Assembly (NCBI GenBank): GCA_010015805.1
Contig: ML978121.1
Coordinates: 3,534,001 to 3,598,000 of the forward strand
Reading direction: 5' to 3'
Source: Rhizodiscina lignyota
Lineage: Eukaryota
DNA length: 64,000 bases
This document shows positions 20,675-31,641 of this stretch, piece by piece (within the stretch, counting starts at the first letter, position 1; every line of letters begins with the position of its first letter). The notes below the pieces were generated by a model, which was not told where the DNA came from, did not search any database, and saw only the letters and a program-made list of their open reading frames with translations. The translations under genes were made by a program, and so were the position numbers.

Positions 20675-22447
20675 TCAGATTTCCGACCATTTCTGCACTT
20701 CCATCACTGGCATTTGGCCAGAAGATACCTTCCGAGCAGTAGGCTTTGCGTTCCTTGCCCAAGGTGAAACACCGTCTTCATTATACTTAACGCTGATAAG
20801 TATTACGGCTTGCCCATGTTCTATACTTCTTCGAACGAACACAGAGATGGACGCTCCGGAGTCGAGAAGACCGATGGCAGTGTCAGTCGCAGGTGTGCCA
20901 ACATTAAAGTCCGTTCTTAGCATTTGAGCAAGAGAATCGAGGTCATTCATCCAGACCGCCGGAAATCCAATAACAAGCGAAACCGTGATAAATGAATCAA
21001 TACGAGTCTCGTTCTCCTCCAGGGTTCGGTCATTCAAAGTCGTGTACACGCAGAAATAGTCAAGCGGCTTCGCTGCGCTTCGGACAAGCCGCAATCCAGA
21101 CGTCTTCGATGAAATTTGATATGTCAGCTTGATTGGAAGCTCGCACACAGAAAAGCCATGTGGCGCGAGGGAACTCAAATCCCAACGCAAGTTGGACGTG
21201 TTCGGGTCCAACATAGCTCCATAAGTGGAGGTAGTGCCCACTTGTGGCTGTGGAACATGGACAATTCCCATCGCGAGAGCTTCCAGTTTGAAAAGCTTCC
21301 AACCGGATTCTCGAGACAGCTGAGTAAAGCCGATCCTAGTATACTTTGGTCTTGATACCCCATCCCCCTTCCTCAGGAGAACACCAAACCTCATATGAGC
21401 CCGACCACCGGACCTGTTGTGATAGTTCCTTCTGAGGGTGCAATTCAATAACATCAACAGTATTCCGCTGAATTCGTTTCCAAAAGTGCGATCAAGCGAC
21501 ACCAAAGGGTGCTCTAAGCGCACACCTCGACTTGTGATAGAGGGTGGTTCGAAGTCTCGCCCACCGAAGACATGGTGACAAAAATTTCCACAGTTCCTAA
21601 ACTCAGCCGGAGAGGCCGCAAGCATACCGGTATTTGGAAGACTCCAAAGGGAAGAAGGGTCGAAAGAAGGTTCCAAAACGGCTTTGGTGACGCTCCATGC
21701 GAAGATTGAATCGTCATCATGGTTCCTTATAATCTCGTGCTCCAACCTGATAAATGCCTTGGAACCCTCGCCATACAGCAACGGCATGTTGACACCGAAA
21801 ATACCTAACAAACAATACGCCATATCTTCTTTTCTCGTAGTGTTGCGATTGGATGCCCATGACATCTTCTCCGCAACGCTGGTGCTTCGGCGGAAATTGT
21901 GGAGTAGATGGTATTCAGTAATGCCCGTCACCCTCGAAATCTCTGCCCGAAGGCTCCTCTTTGTCCCCAGATCTTTCCATGTTGCATCATAGAAGATGAC
22001 AAGAGGCGGGGCCAACAGCTCCTGCAGTGTCCAGCCGCGTGAGAACCATGTCGAGGCTCGGAAAGAGGTTAGTGTTTCCTCCGCGGAGCGATAGAGGTAG
22101 ACATCGGCAAGATACGCATAGCAGACCGTTGACCGTTCATACCAAACATACATTGAGTTGATCGCTTCAGACAACTCTGCACTACTCGCCTTATTGATGC
22201 AGCAGGTATCTATCCAAGCCCATTCAAAGCCATCCTCGCGTGCTATTTTACAAAGGTCAACGATCTTGCGCCATCCGCTAGTCTTCCTCTTCTCCCTCGT
22301 AAGGCCGGCCTGGACATCTTCGAAAGATATTTCATCATCGCCCCAGCGATGTGAGAGAATAGCATAAAGTGGTACTGACTCTTCATGAAATTCTCGCAAT
22401 ATGATTCTCGTATCGTTCGGAGCTGTCGCGGTATGGAGAAGGCGCAT
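20675..22447 (-). CDS. HET-domain protein (HET-E-like N-terminal HET domain, no NACHT/WD40), intronless
   Basis: MRLLHT, YAILSHRWG, WAWIDTCCINKASSAELSEAINSMYVWY, WFSRGWTLQELLAP, KMSWASNRNTTRKEDMAYCLLGIFGVNMPLLYGEG and SIFAW. Confidence 0.93.
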   Translation of the reverse strand: MRLLHTATAPNDTRIILREFHEESVPLYAILSHRWGDDEISFEDVQAGLTREKRKTSGWRKIVDLCKIAREDGFEWAWIDTCCINKASSAELSEAINSMYVWYERSTVCYAYLADVYLYRSAEETLTSFRASTWFSRGWTLQELLAPPLVIFYDATWKDLGTKRSLRAEISRVTGITEYHLLHNFRRSTSVAEKMSWASNRNTTRKEDMAYCLLGIFGVNMPLLYGEGSKAFIRLEHEIIRNHDDDSIFAWSVTKAVLEPSFDPSSLWSLPNTGMLAASPAEFRNCGNFCHHVFGGRDFEPPSITSRGVRLEHPLVSLDRTFGNEFSGILLMLLNCTLRRNYHNRSGGRAHMRFGVLLRKGDGVSRPKYTRIGFTQLSRESGWKLFKLEALAMGIVHVPQPQVGTTSTYGAMLDPNTSNLRWDLSSLAPHGFSVCELPIKLTYQISSKTSGLRLVRSAAKPLDYFCVYTTLNDRTLEENETRIDSFITVSLVIGFPAVWMNDLDSLAQMLRTDFNVGTPATDTAIGLLDSGASISVFVRRSIEHGQAVILISVKYNEDGVSPWARNAKPTARKVSSGQMPVMEVQKWSEI

Positions 22448-23045
22448 CCTCGAGACGTTCAGCGAACGATATTTGCGATGAGCTTTTGGCTCCGAATAAC
22501 GCGATGAAATCCGTAAGATGTGCCATGAATATGACAATAATTTTGAAGCAAGAACAAAAAAGACACGAGCAGGGCGACAAGGCGGCGGCCGACAGGATGA
22601 GGCTAAAGCGAGGCTAAGGTGGCGCTAATTTTTCATTTTTCTCGTATTCCCCTATTACGCTCTCATAGCCTTCAAGGCTCCTCTTTGCTGGCATATTAGT
22701 CTCTTCAAATGATACAGATAGTTTATCGATGTATGTGGAAAGGAGGACTTCATCAAAAATAATGACATTTTATCCAGCATGCAGTCAACGGAAAGCTTCA
22801 CTGGTATGTAATCCGCCAAACTCGAATTGGACATTCATCGTCGTGGGTTTTGTTCATTCATGCTCATAATATCTGTAGACGTCATCATATGCCTCTGCAA
22901 TTGTCTCCTACCCTATTCACAGTTCAAGTTCTGATGACAGCTGTGCCTGTTCAACTCAAATCCGCTCTACTCAAAGTTGGTCAGCACGATACCTATCAAC
23001 TTATATGTTTGCGCAATGTTTAGACCTCAAGATTACTGCGTTAAA

Positions 23046-24308
23046 TTACTGCAGCAGAGCATCCTCGAATGGAAACTTCGACAGGACTTCGATACCCGTT
23101 TCGGTAATCAGAACTTGCTGCTCCAGCTTCACTCCTTCAGCCCCGCCTTCCTCCCCGATGTAGCTCTCGACACAAATGATCATTCCTGGCTCGATAACAC
23201 CGTCGTAGCCAGCATCTGGGAAGTCTCCGCGGTCGTAGAGGGCGGGGTACTCGCCCGTCATTCCACAGCCATGTGCCGAGACAAAGTAGCGGTTGGCATA
23301 GTATTTCTCTGGGATTTCCCACGCCTTGTCGGCATACTCGCGGAGCGTCATGCCAGGCTTCAGAATTCCCATGTTATGGGTTACCTGCTCGTACGCGATC
23401 TTGTACAGCTCCTTTTGAGCGTCGGTAGGAGGATCAGGCCCGGTATGAAAAGTTCGCGAGAAGTCCGAATAGTATCCATGACAGCCGACTACGTCAGTGT
23501 CCAGTGCAACGAGCTGGTTTTCGCCGATAACATAGCTTGACGTCTCCTGGAACCACGGGTTTGTTCGCGGACCGGCACTGAGCAGCCGTGTTTCGACATA
23601 ATCGCCGTTCTGCTCGATGACCGACTGGTGCAGGACTGACCAGAGAGCGTTCTCGGTGATGCCTGGACGGATCGCATCGCGAAGCTTGCCAACAGCAACC
23701 TCAGTCGCGCGCAGCGATGTGACGACACATTTGATCTCTTCGGCGGATTTGATGGAACGCGCAATTTCGACGGGTCTCTGGGCGTCGACAACTTTGAAAC
23801 CGAGCTCCTTAAAGGCAATGGCGACGTTTGCGTTGAGGCGCTCCAAGCCAAGCGCAACGTTGGAAGGTTTACCAACAAGCTCGGTGATCAAATTGGCCAT
23901 CTCTTCTGCCCAAGAGCGTTCTCGTTCCGCGATCTTGGGGCCAGCAGCCCCGAAGCTGGCTGTTCTCGCAGGACGCACTTCGTCGACTGTCTCGTACCCT
24001 TCACCTAAATGCAGGCAGCCCGTGAATTCGAACAGAATCGAGCGATTTGCAGTAAGTAGCAAATAACGCGATGCCGGGTTACGCGATGTGTAAACCTGCA
24101 TGTTTCGAGTACCGGTAGCATAGCGGATGTTGACCGCATCTGAGAGAATAACAGCGTCGATGTTTTGTTTCACCATTTGTTCCCGGACACGACCGAGTCG
24201 GTAGAGACGCACTGCTTTAAGATCAATGCCCTCGCTTTCAGGAGCCCGATCCAACAGTGCCATGTCGGAGAGGTCACTTCTTCCAGCATGCCAGTCGAAA
24301 TTCGCCAT
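23046..24308 (-). CDS. M24B metallopeptidase-fold enzyme, DddP (DMSP lyase)-like, intronless
   Basis: IDLKAVRLYRLGRVRE, NIRYATGTRNMQV, ETRLLSAGPRTNPWFQE, LDTDVVGCHGYYSDFSRTF, HGCGMTGEYP, CVESYIG and VKLEQQVLITETG. These contain the pita-bread metal ligands D, D, H, E, E. Likely ATG at 24308. Confidence 0.8.
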   Translation of the reverse strand: MANFDWHAGRSDLSDMALLDRAPESEGIDLKAVRLYRLGRVREQMVKQNIDAVILSDAVNIRYATGTRNMQVYTSRNPASRYLLLTANRSILFEFTGCLHLGEGYETVDEVRPARTASFGAAGPKIAERERSWAEEMANLITELVGKPSNVALGLERLNANVAIAFKELGFKVVDAQRPVEIARSIKSAEEIKCVVTSLRATEVAVGKLRDAIRPGITENALWSVLHQSVIEQNGDYVETRLLSAGPRTNPWFQETSSYVIGENQLVALDTDVVGCHGYYSDFSRTFHTGPDPPTDAQKELYKIAYEQVTHNMGILKPGMTLREYADKAWEIPEKYYANRYFVSAHGCGMTGEYPALYDRGDFPDAGYDGVIEPGMIICVESYIGEEGGAEGVKLEQQVLITETGIEVLSKFPFEDALLQ

Positions 24309-25120
24309 GTTCGAAAGTGTCAGTTCAATTGAAATGGCTTTTACGAGACTCGCTATATATATCGACAACTGTGAAGTCTGAGTATGGCGTATCTCGAGGG
24401 AAGGATTGACGAGCTACGTTTGGCAGTATGCACAGAGGAATACGTCACCAATCCCCTCACAAGGATCTTACTGTAATTCGTTTTGCTATAAATTACTGTA
24501 TAAGGATACAATGCGAACTGAAGTGTACATAGCATACGACTAGCGTAAGCAATAGAAGGGAATTTTACCAAGGCGGCCGAAGAAAGTACTAAGGTACTAC
24601 ACTCCTTACACAATATTCAGCGAATAGAAGTCACAAAGGGTGGAGTGTTAGCAAAGCCTGATGAAATAGTTACCGTAAATGAGAATCTCAGAATTTTAAC
24701 TTATGATCCTGGAATTCGAAGAACTTCCAAAATGTGTGATGTAGCAGCGGACCGGAGCTCTAACTCCTTTCCATGATAGTACAGCTGTCGTACAACGAGC
24801 TTTGAATTAATACCGTCTGCTAACGTCGGCTTTAGAAAGCAAGTTCTCCCAGTCAATTGCGAAGATGCCATCGATAGATAACAAGCAGCCCCATGAAAAG
24901 GTCAATTAAAGCATCGTTATAATCCGAGACATAGCTTTAGTATTCTACAACTATGCTCTCGTTGGCTCGGAACTCCTGTCAATGAGCAAGTCTTTCAGAC
25001 ACGAAAGAACATTTTTCAGTATCCGAAATGTACCTTGCACTTCATCTTTATCTCTCAGTCCTTTTTTAACACCCTAACCATATCCTTCCACGGGCGAAGA
25101 CATGATATCCTTCATCACAA

Positions 25121-25306
25121 TTATCCCATCTCCCACTTCTTACCCCCATTACCCCCTTTTTCATCCCCAGATTGGGGTTTTCGATCAGGACACCAATAAT
25201 TCCTACAGCCGTTGCACAACAAGGAATGGCCGCAATTATCGCAAATTCTATCTGAGGGCTGCGAAAGGAGGCCGCATTGGCAGCACCGTTTCAACAGTTC
25301 TGGCAT
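25121..25306 (-). CDS. Tiny Cys-rich putative zinc-binding protein (about 61 aa)
   Basis: MPELLKRCCQCGLLSQPSDRICDNCGHSLLCNGCRNYWC has three CxxC pairs plus His, with the ATG in CAAAATGC context. Confidence 0.5.
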   Translation of the reverse strand: MPELLKRCCQCGLLSQPSDRICDNCGHSLLCNGCRNYWCPDRKPQSGDEKGGNGGKKWEMG

Positions 25307-26336
25307 TTTGTCTTTCATTAAATATTAGCTCTGATGCTACCTTTGTTCAACTTCGATCTGGAAACACACCTTGCCGTTAATGGTCGATCGGATATTCAGT
25401 TGTATTTTTGAACTCAGCAGTATATTCGGGGACAGAGTGCGAGCCGTGTGAGGCTTTCTCGAATGGTTTATTTGCTCGTATATATTGATATGATTGAGAA
25501 GTTGTTTGAACTGATGTCACATAGTTGAGAGCCCTCCTCATTTTATACAACTGATTCCGCATATTCATGTGATTATTGCCGCAGCAGAAGAGATCTACTG
25601 ACGTAGCGAACTAACGATCGATAGGCGTATGATCACTTTATCTGCTACTATGTAGCAGGTCAATTGTCCGCTTCGGCGCTTAAAGCTTCGTCGACATTGG
25701 CGCCAGATGCTCCGCGTGCTGGCGAGGTGGCACGATATACGAAGTTCGCTCATCTATATGCTTCTATGAGCACCACCTTGGAGTCATTTAGATGTGGGAA
25801 CAGGGAAAGTGTCCCCGAAACTTGCCAGATCAAGATATGGGAATGCTTAGGTAGGACAGGGTCCTGGATTGATACGCCAACAGGCTCCTTGCAGGTTTGC
25901 TTGAGAACCATTGAGGGGGGAAAACACTGAGCAGTCCTTGAAGCCATGTCACGAGCATTTAAAGAGGTTTCATACGTTGCGGCAATCAGCCTAACAGACC
26001 TCTTTTGCTTGAAGAAGAAATAGCCGCTCCGCCCTCAAGTAAAATCAAGTTCCGCGTCAATAATTTCAAGGAACTAACTGTTTAGAGCCGTACATCATTA
26101 TTGCTATGTGTGGCCACTTCACAGAGCAAGCAAACGGAGTTCTGAGCCCCCATGAAGCTTAACCAAGCCGAGGCCATATTTTTCAAAGGCAGCAAGACCA
26201 CCTTAATTGTCAAGGAACCAGAGCACAGAAAAAAAGCAGATTTGCAAAACCTTCCTTCCAGAATCAAAATACCGTTTTGGCTTGAACTTTGTGAAAGCCT
26301 TGAAAAGAAAAGAAGTTTCGACGCAACTTCGACCGC

Positions 26337-29300
26337 TCAGCCCAGCATGGCACCCAGACGCTCCAGAGCCGATGGTCCCTCATCAATCTCAATCTGTATT
26401 TCTCCTTCTTCCACTTCGCCCAGAGTGGTGACCTCGGCCTCACTTTCAGCTTCCTCTGGTCCTTTGTGACCGCTCGGGTTCTCGTCAGAGCCTTGGCGGA
26501 TCTGGTAATCCGCTGGACCTCCAGTGTAACGTTTCAGATTGGCTACATGCCCGAACCCATCGGTGGGACCATCGCCAGTGTCTACTTGGTTACGATTCAG
26601 GAATGCCGTATATTCTTGGAACCGTTGTGCAGTGACCGCTTCGGTGTGACGAGTCTCGGCCAGTGATGGTTTGGCGTACCGCTCGACCGGGACATCGTCA
26701 TCGCTATCTGAGCCATCGTCGGACCGCATCATAAATCGATCATTGTCCTCATCTTCAGAGTTCCCATGAGACTCTTCAACCTCGTCTTCCTCCTTTGGTC
26801 TTTTAATAATTTCGAGGACTTTATGCTTGCCTGCCCAATCGTTCAGTGGCAAGGCGGATGGAATAGCACGCTTCCGATGAGGAACCTGTGCATGCCCATC
26901 TCCGCCCTTAATACCACTCTCGACCATAGCAACATGTTCCGCATCCTCAAAATCTCTATCTTTCTCGGCGTCATCGAATAGGAGCAGCTCCTCGCCAGGA
27001 TGCACGACTCCAGCTTTTGTTTCGACATCGCCGATGGTTTGAGCTTGGTCATCGACCCTCTTGTGATGGCGAGTCTTCTTTTGCATTCCTTGCAATGCAG
27101 CCATATTCGCTGCGCTAGAGATATGCTTGCCGCTTGCAATCTTTCCAAGCTCCGCTGGAAAGAGCCACGGGAAGCTCATCAGGGGCATGAACTTTGGTAA
27201 CATCCTGCGTTTTGGCACCTCTCGACCTCCAACTGTCTTCGTCTGGCCACATTCCGCTACCGCTGTTGTGATTTCGTCTGCAGTGACTTTATACATTGCT
27301 ACAACAAATGCCCCCAGTTTAGAAATCTCGGCGCCTCCAGCCTTCTCGATGCAGATCTCGCGGAACCTATCTTTGAGTGCGCTTGTGAGGTTGCCGATCT
27401 CTTCGTGGAATTTGTAGTCGTTGGATTGCGTGTTGTGCTGCAGAACGAATGTAGTCCAAACCTCAAATTCAGTCTCGATAGCATGTTTAGCCATGATCCT
27501 GCGCACGCCGTCGTCGTAGTCGCTTTTGATCCCTTTAACGACTCCAAGGAGCTCCGCCGATTGCTCTTCCTTATATGCGTCCAAAATGCGCTTGTCGAAC
27601 GGCGCATTGTAGAAAGGTTTGAAGTCTATCAGACTGACACGGTCGTACATTCGTCCCAGGACCTTACCTGAACGGTAAGTCTTATCCTTAGCCTTCTCCA
27701 TGAAGTGTGGCCACTCCTTCGGCTTTAGTTCTCTCGTCATTTTCGCCGGACGGCCAGATTTTGGATAATCCACAGCTAGTGCATGGAGTTCCGCGAGTTT
27801 GAGGCATTTGCTATCGAATACTCCAACGTCACTAATATCCGACCATGCGAGGTGCGCATGCGCGATTCGAGGGAGTTGGTCGTTCTTAATGTAAGTGATG
27901 AAGAACTTTGTGATATCTTCAACTCTTACTTCGCGGTCAATTTGATCTGGCTTGGGAGGCCTGAAATCCATGGCCTCTATATTCCAGTGGTGATATGGAG
28001 GAAGCAAATCATGGTCCCAAAGAACCATGTAGTCGTCTCCGTCCAGGTCTCCGCCGGAACACATGTTCGCGAGGTCCCGATCGCCCGTTCGTGGCAGCAC
28101 AACGACATCCTTCAGGTGGCGTAGCTCAGGTACATCAACAGCCTTCACAATGCGGATGTCTCCCGGATGTAAAGATGGATTGCGAGCAAGCATGCAAACA
28201 CCAGCTTTGACTTTATACGGGCCGGTGAAAGGAGGGTCGCGAACTTGTACGAATATTTCCGGAAGGCTCTGGATTCGCTCCTTCGCGGACGCGAATTGAC
28301 CTGGCTGCTCCTCTTTGTAATATCCATGCAACGTCTCTGTCTCATCAACGCAACCGAGAAGGAAAGCGCCTTGATCGATCGTGATTCGAGCCTTCTCCTT
28401 GAGATATCGAATGTTCCAGGCGCGCCAGAGATGGAGGACGGACATCATGAAAGGGTCTTCAGCTCGCATAAACCCATCAAGAATCATCGCTGCCACAGTC
28501 AGCGTCATCTGATTGAAGTCTATACGCTTCTGGAGCAGCGATAGCGCGATCTTCTCATTTTTCATTGCATCAGCGAGCTCGATGAGTTCGTTTTCCAGTT
28601 TCCGCATAAATACTGCATCCGCAACTCCCAATGCTGACAGCAAAGTTATGATTTGTCGGTTCAGCATCGACACCGCAAAAGATGAATAGCGAATAACGTC
28701 GAGACCCTCGTGCTTGGCGGGAAACTTGTACTGGCTTCGGCGGATAATAAGCTCCTGTATCCCCTTGATTTGCGGATCGACAGCGAGCACACCTTTGCAG
28801 CCACCCATGCGGAACTGAAACAATGAGGGATATTCTTCGTTGATATTGTCAATGCCGAATTCCTTTGCGATCATCTTTGCTAGGAAGACTGAGATCCTTC
28901 CAACACCGTCCGTGAAGGTGTATCCGTTTCTCACTATATCCTCCTCTCCCTTAACCTCGACGTGGACGCCATGAATAGACCTCGTTGTGGAGAAGGCTTG
29001 CCCAAGACGCGCTGCCCACTTGGCAACAACTCGAATATCTGTCAAGTCGCCCATCCACGTGCGGATATGTTGCGCCCGTAGAGTCTCGGTGCTAGCGAAG
29101 AAATATGCTCCATGCTCACGGAATTGCGAATTACCAAAGGCAAGGAATTCATAGTGTCGATCGCCGATACGAATGCCGTTATTCATAGCGCGCATGATGC
29201 GGTCGAATATTGCTTCTTGGGTCTCGCTGTCTTCCTTTGCAAAGATCTTGCCTCTCTCGTCGACAAATTTGACTCGTAGAAATCGGTCTTCGAACGCGAA

Positions 29301-30947
29301 GAACTGCCTTATGATTCGATTGGACGTCTCAAGGACCGGTGTCGCATAGTAGATCATGGAAGGCGATACCTGAGCAGCTCGCATGTACGTATAGTGACCC
29401 CCCTTTGCCTTTCTCGGTTGTCTTGGTAGACGAAGGTCGAATATCTTCATGGGATCAAAGTATCGCACTTGTGACTCTGCCGCTTTCTCCAGATGTCGCA
29501 CCGCAAGGTCTTCTTTCATGATGACTAATTGTTCAAGAAACTCTCGGGATATGTTATGCTCGTTGATGCATCCGAGTGAAATGCAGACCTCAAGTTGGTA
29601 TCGAATCCGAAATGCCAGATGAATCGTGTCAAGTTGAAGCAATGTTGCGGAGGGGGACATTGCGTCAATCGGTGGAAGGTCTAGAGTTTGCCAAATTGCG
29701 GCCTCTTTTCCATCACCCATGATACGAGCGATTGGCTCGTGTTCGAGAAAGTGCACATTGTAGTCTCGGAGGGCTCGACAAAAGATATCGTAGGTCGTCT
29801 TCTGATTCCTCTGGCTGCCAAGTTTGAGGCAGAAAGTTCTCCACCGGCCTTAATCTGTTAGCCACATTTAAAGCAAACGGAGAGCATTCTTACCAATATC
29901 AACTACTGCACTCTCTTTCCTTAACCTTACCGAAGAAGCCGCAAGTCCATGGGCGTCACTAACGATATCTGTTTGGCGATACCAGGCTCTCCACTCATCC
30001 CATGTCCTCAGTCTCGGGTCATGCGTAGCCTCGATATTGTCTGTCTTGCGAAAGTATTCCGGTGGCGAAGTGACAGAGAAGACAAGTTCGCGCTCTTCGT
30101 CTGATTGGAACGTCTCAAAGACAGTATGTAATGTTTCCAGTGGGATCCTAAAGCGGAACTCAGCCTTCGCATTCGGTCGAGCTGGGCGGGGGTGTTTGTT
30201 GACCGCGCTTCTCGGAAGATGGAACATGATGGTGATTTCCCTGAAGCGTAAGTTCAAGGTAAACTCAACGGAATGTGAAATTTCCGTCTTAACCGAGCAC
30301 ATTGTCATCATGGATTTTTCGCCGTACATAAATCCGAGGTCCAAACTATCCAGGTACAGCGTAATGCGCTGGGGGTAAAAGTATACAGGATCGACGGGAC
30401 TTTGGTGTAAGCCATATCGTCCTCTAGGCTCGAGACGAGTGCATATGAGCGGGATTTCGCGATCGTTTTCCGAGTCTCTCAATGTGACTGGCTGTCCAAC
30501 GCCTTGCCAGAACGCGCGATGCGGTGGCGGAGAGAAAGTCACATAGGCGGTGTTTTCTCCAATAACTTCGATCCTGAAAATTCTACCCTCACGTGAGAAC
30601 ACGCGATATAGATCCAGCGTCGAGACAGCCCATGGTAATTGGTTCACACGAATCTTGACTTCAAATAGTCCCCGCCAGTCTTGACTGCCGTGTACAAGTG
30701 GCCGTTTGGGCGTTGCGCCACTATTGGCGAAGGCAGGGGAGCTCGTAGCTCTTTGATAGTCGGTTGTAGTACCAATACGACTTTGAGGAGCATATATAAC
30801 GTTCGATTGTTGATCAGAATCCGGTCGAAGCAGAGGTCTGGTTGGTTTTGGAGGTGTTGGCTTTCGCGCTTGCTGATTGACACGAGCTTGCCTGAACACG
30901 CTAAGCAGCTCCTTTGTGGAGTCGGATGTGCTAACGTTTGGATCCAT
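26337..30947 (-). CDS. Eukaryotic RNA-dependent RNA polymerase (RNAi; SAD-1/RDR-alpha-like), 2 exons
   Basis: N-terminal RRM-like region, ETSNRIIRQF, FLAFGNSQFREHG, FTDGVG, FQFRMGGCKG, RNPSLHPGD, catalytic CSGGDLDGDDY and AVDYPKSG. Intron at about 29893-29849. Confidence 0.95.
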
Positions 30948-31641
30948 TCTAACATATTAGTTGAATTTACAAGGGTGAGAAGTAATTACATACTGCGGAA
31001 GAAGAGAAGAGGGCGTGGTGAGTCCGTGAGAATGCCAGGATGATGAACTAGGTTCATGCGATCGAGTGAAGTCAATAGACAGGCAGCGAGCTTGAGAGTC
31101 ACGAGAGTTGAGCTCTGCCGTTTGCACCTTTGTGTACGCAGTTCGCCCACGCGACACTCTAGCGCGCCGCGATGAGGAAGGCGGTATTGCTGAGTTGAAG
31201 TGAGCTTTGCGAAAATATGATTCGTGATATGGGACTGTGCTTACCTCGAGAGCGACCTCAAGACGTATCAGAACCTATTAGGTTCATGAGCAATGCAGAT
31301 GTTCAGAGCATGCCATGTTGGTGAAAAGGAGGTGAGTGTTGTGAAGAAGGCAAGGTATTTAAAATGAAGTGTTACGGAGCCAATCTGGAAGGCACAACCG
31401 CCACGGCCAAACAAGGAAACTGTGTCATATGTCTCAGGCGACGCAGCGCTTGGAAGTGAAAGAAGAACTCTATAGAGATTTCCACTGTGCACTACAGTGG
31501 GAGTGAAATTGTTTGGAGATATTTATGAAAGTTTGTTGTTTATCCTTTGGCGGGAAATACACGTCATACGATTTCCCGATACCAACAAACGCCGACCTAC
31601 GCATATGCGTGTTTGTGTATCCAACCGATTCTTTGTCCCGA

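Noticed and set aside
24370..25100. Relatively AT-rich stretch as a possible RIP-degraded transposon relic
   Set aside because: No terminal repeats, transposase remnants or second copy are visible, and the composition is compatible with ordinary intergenic DNA.
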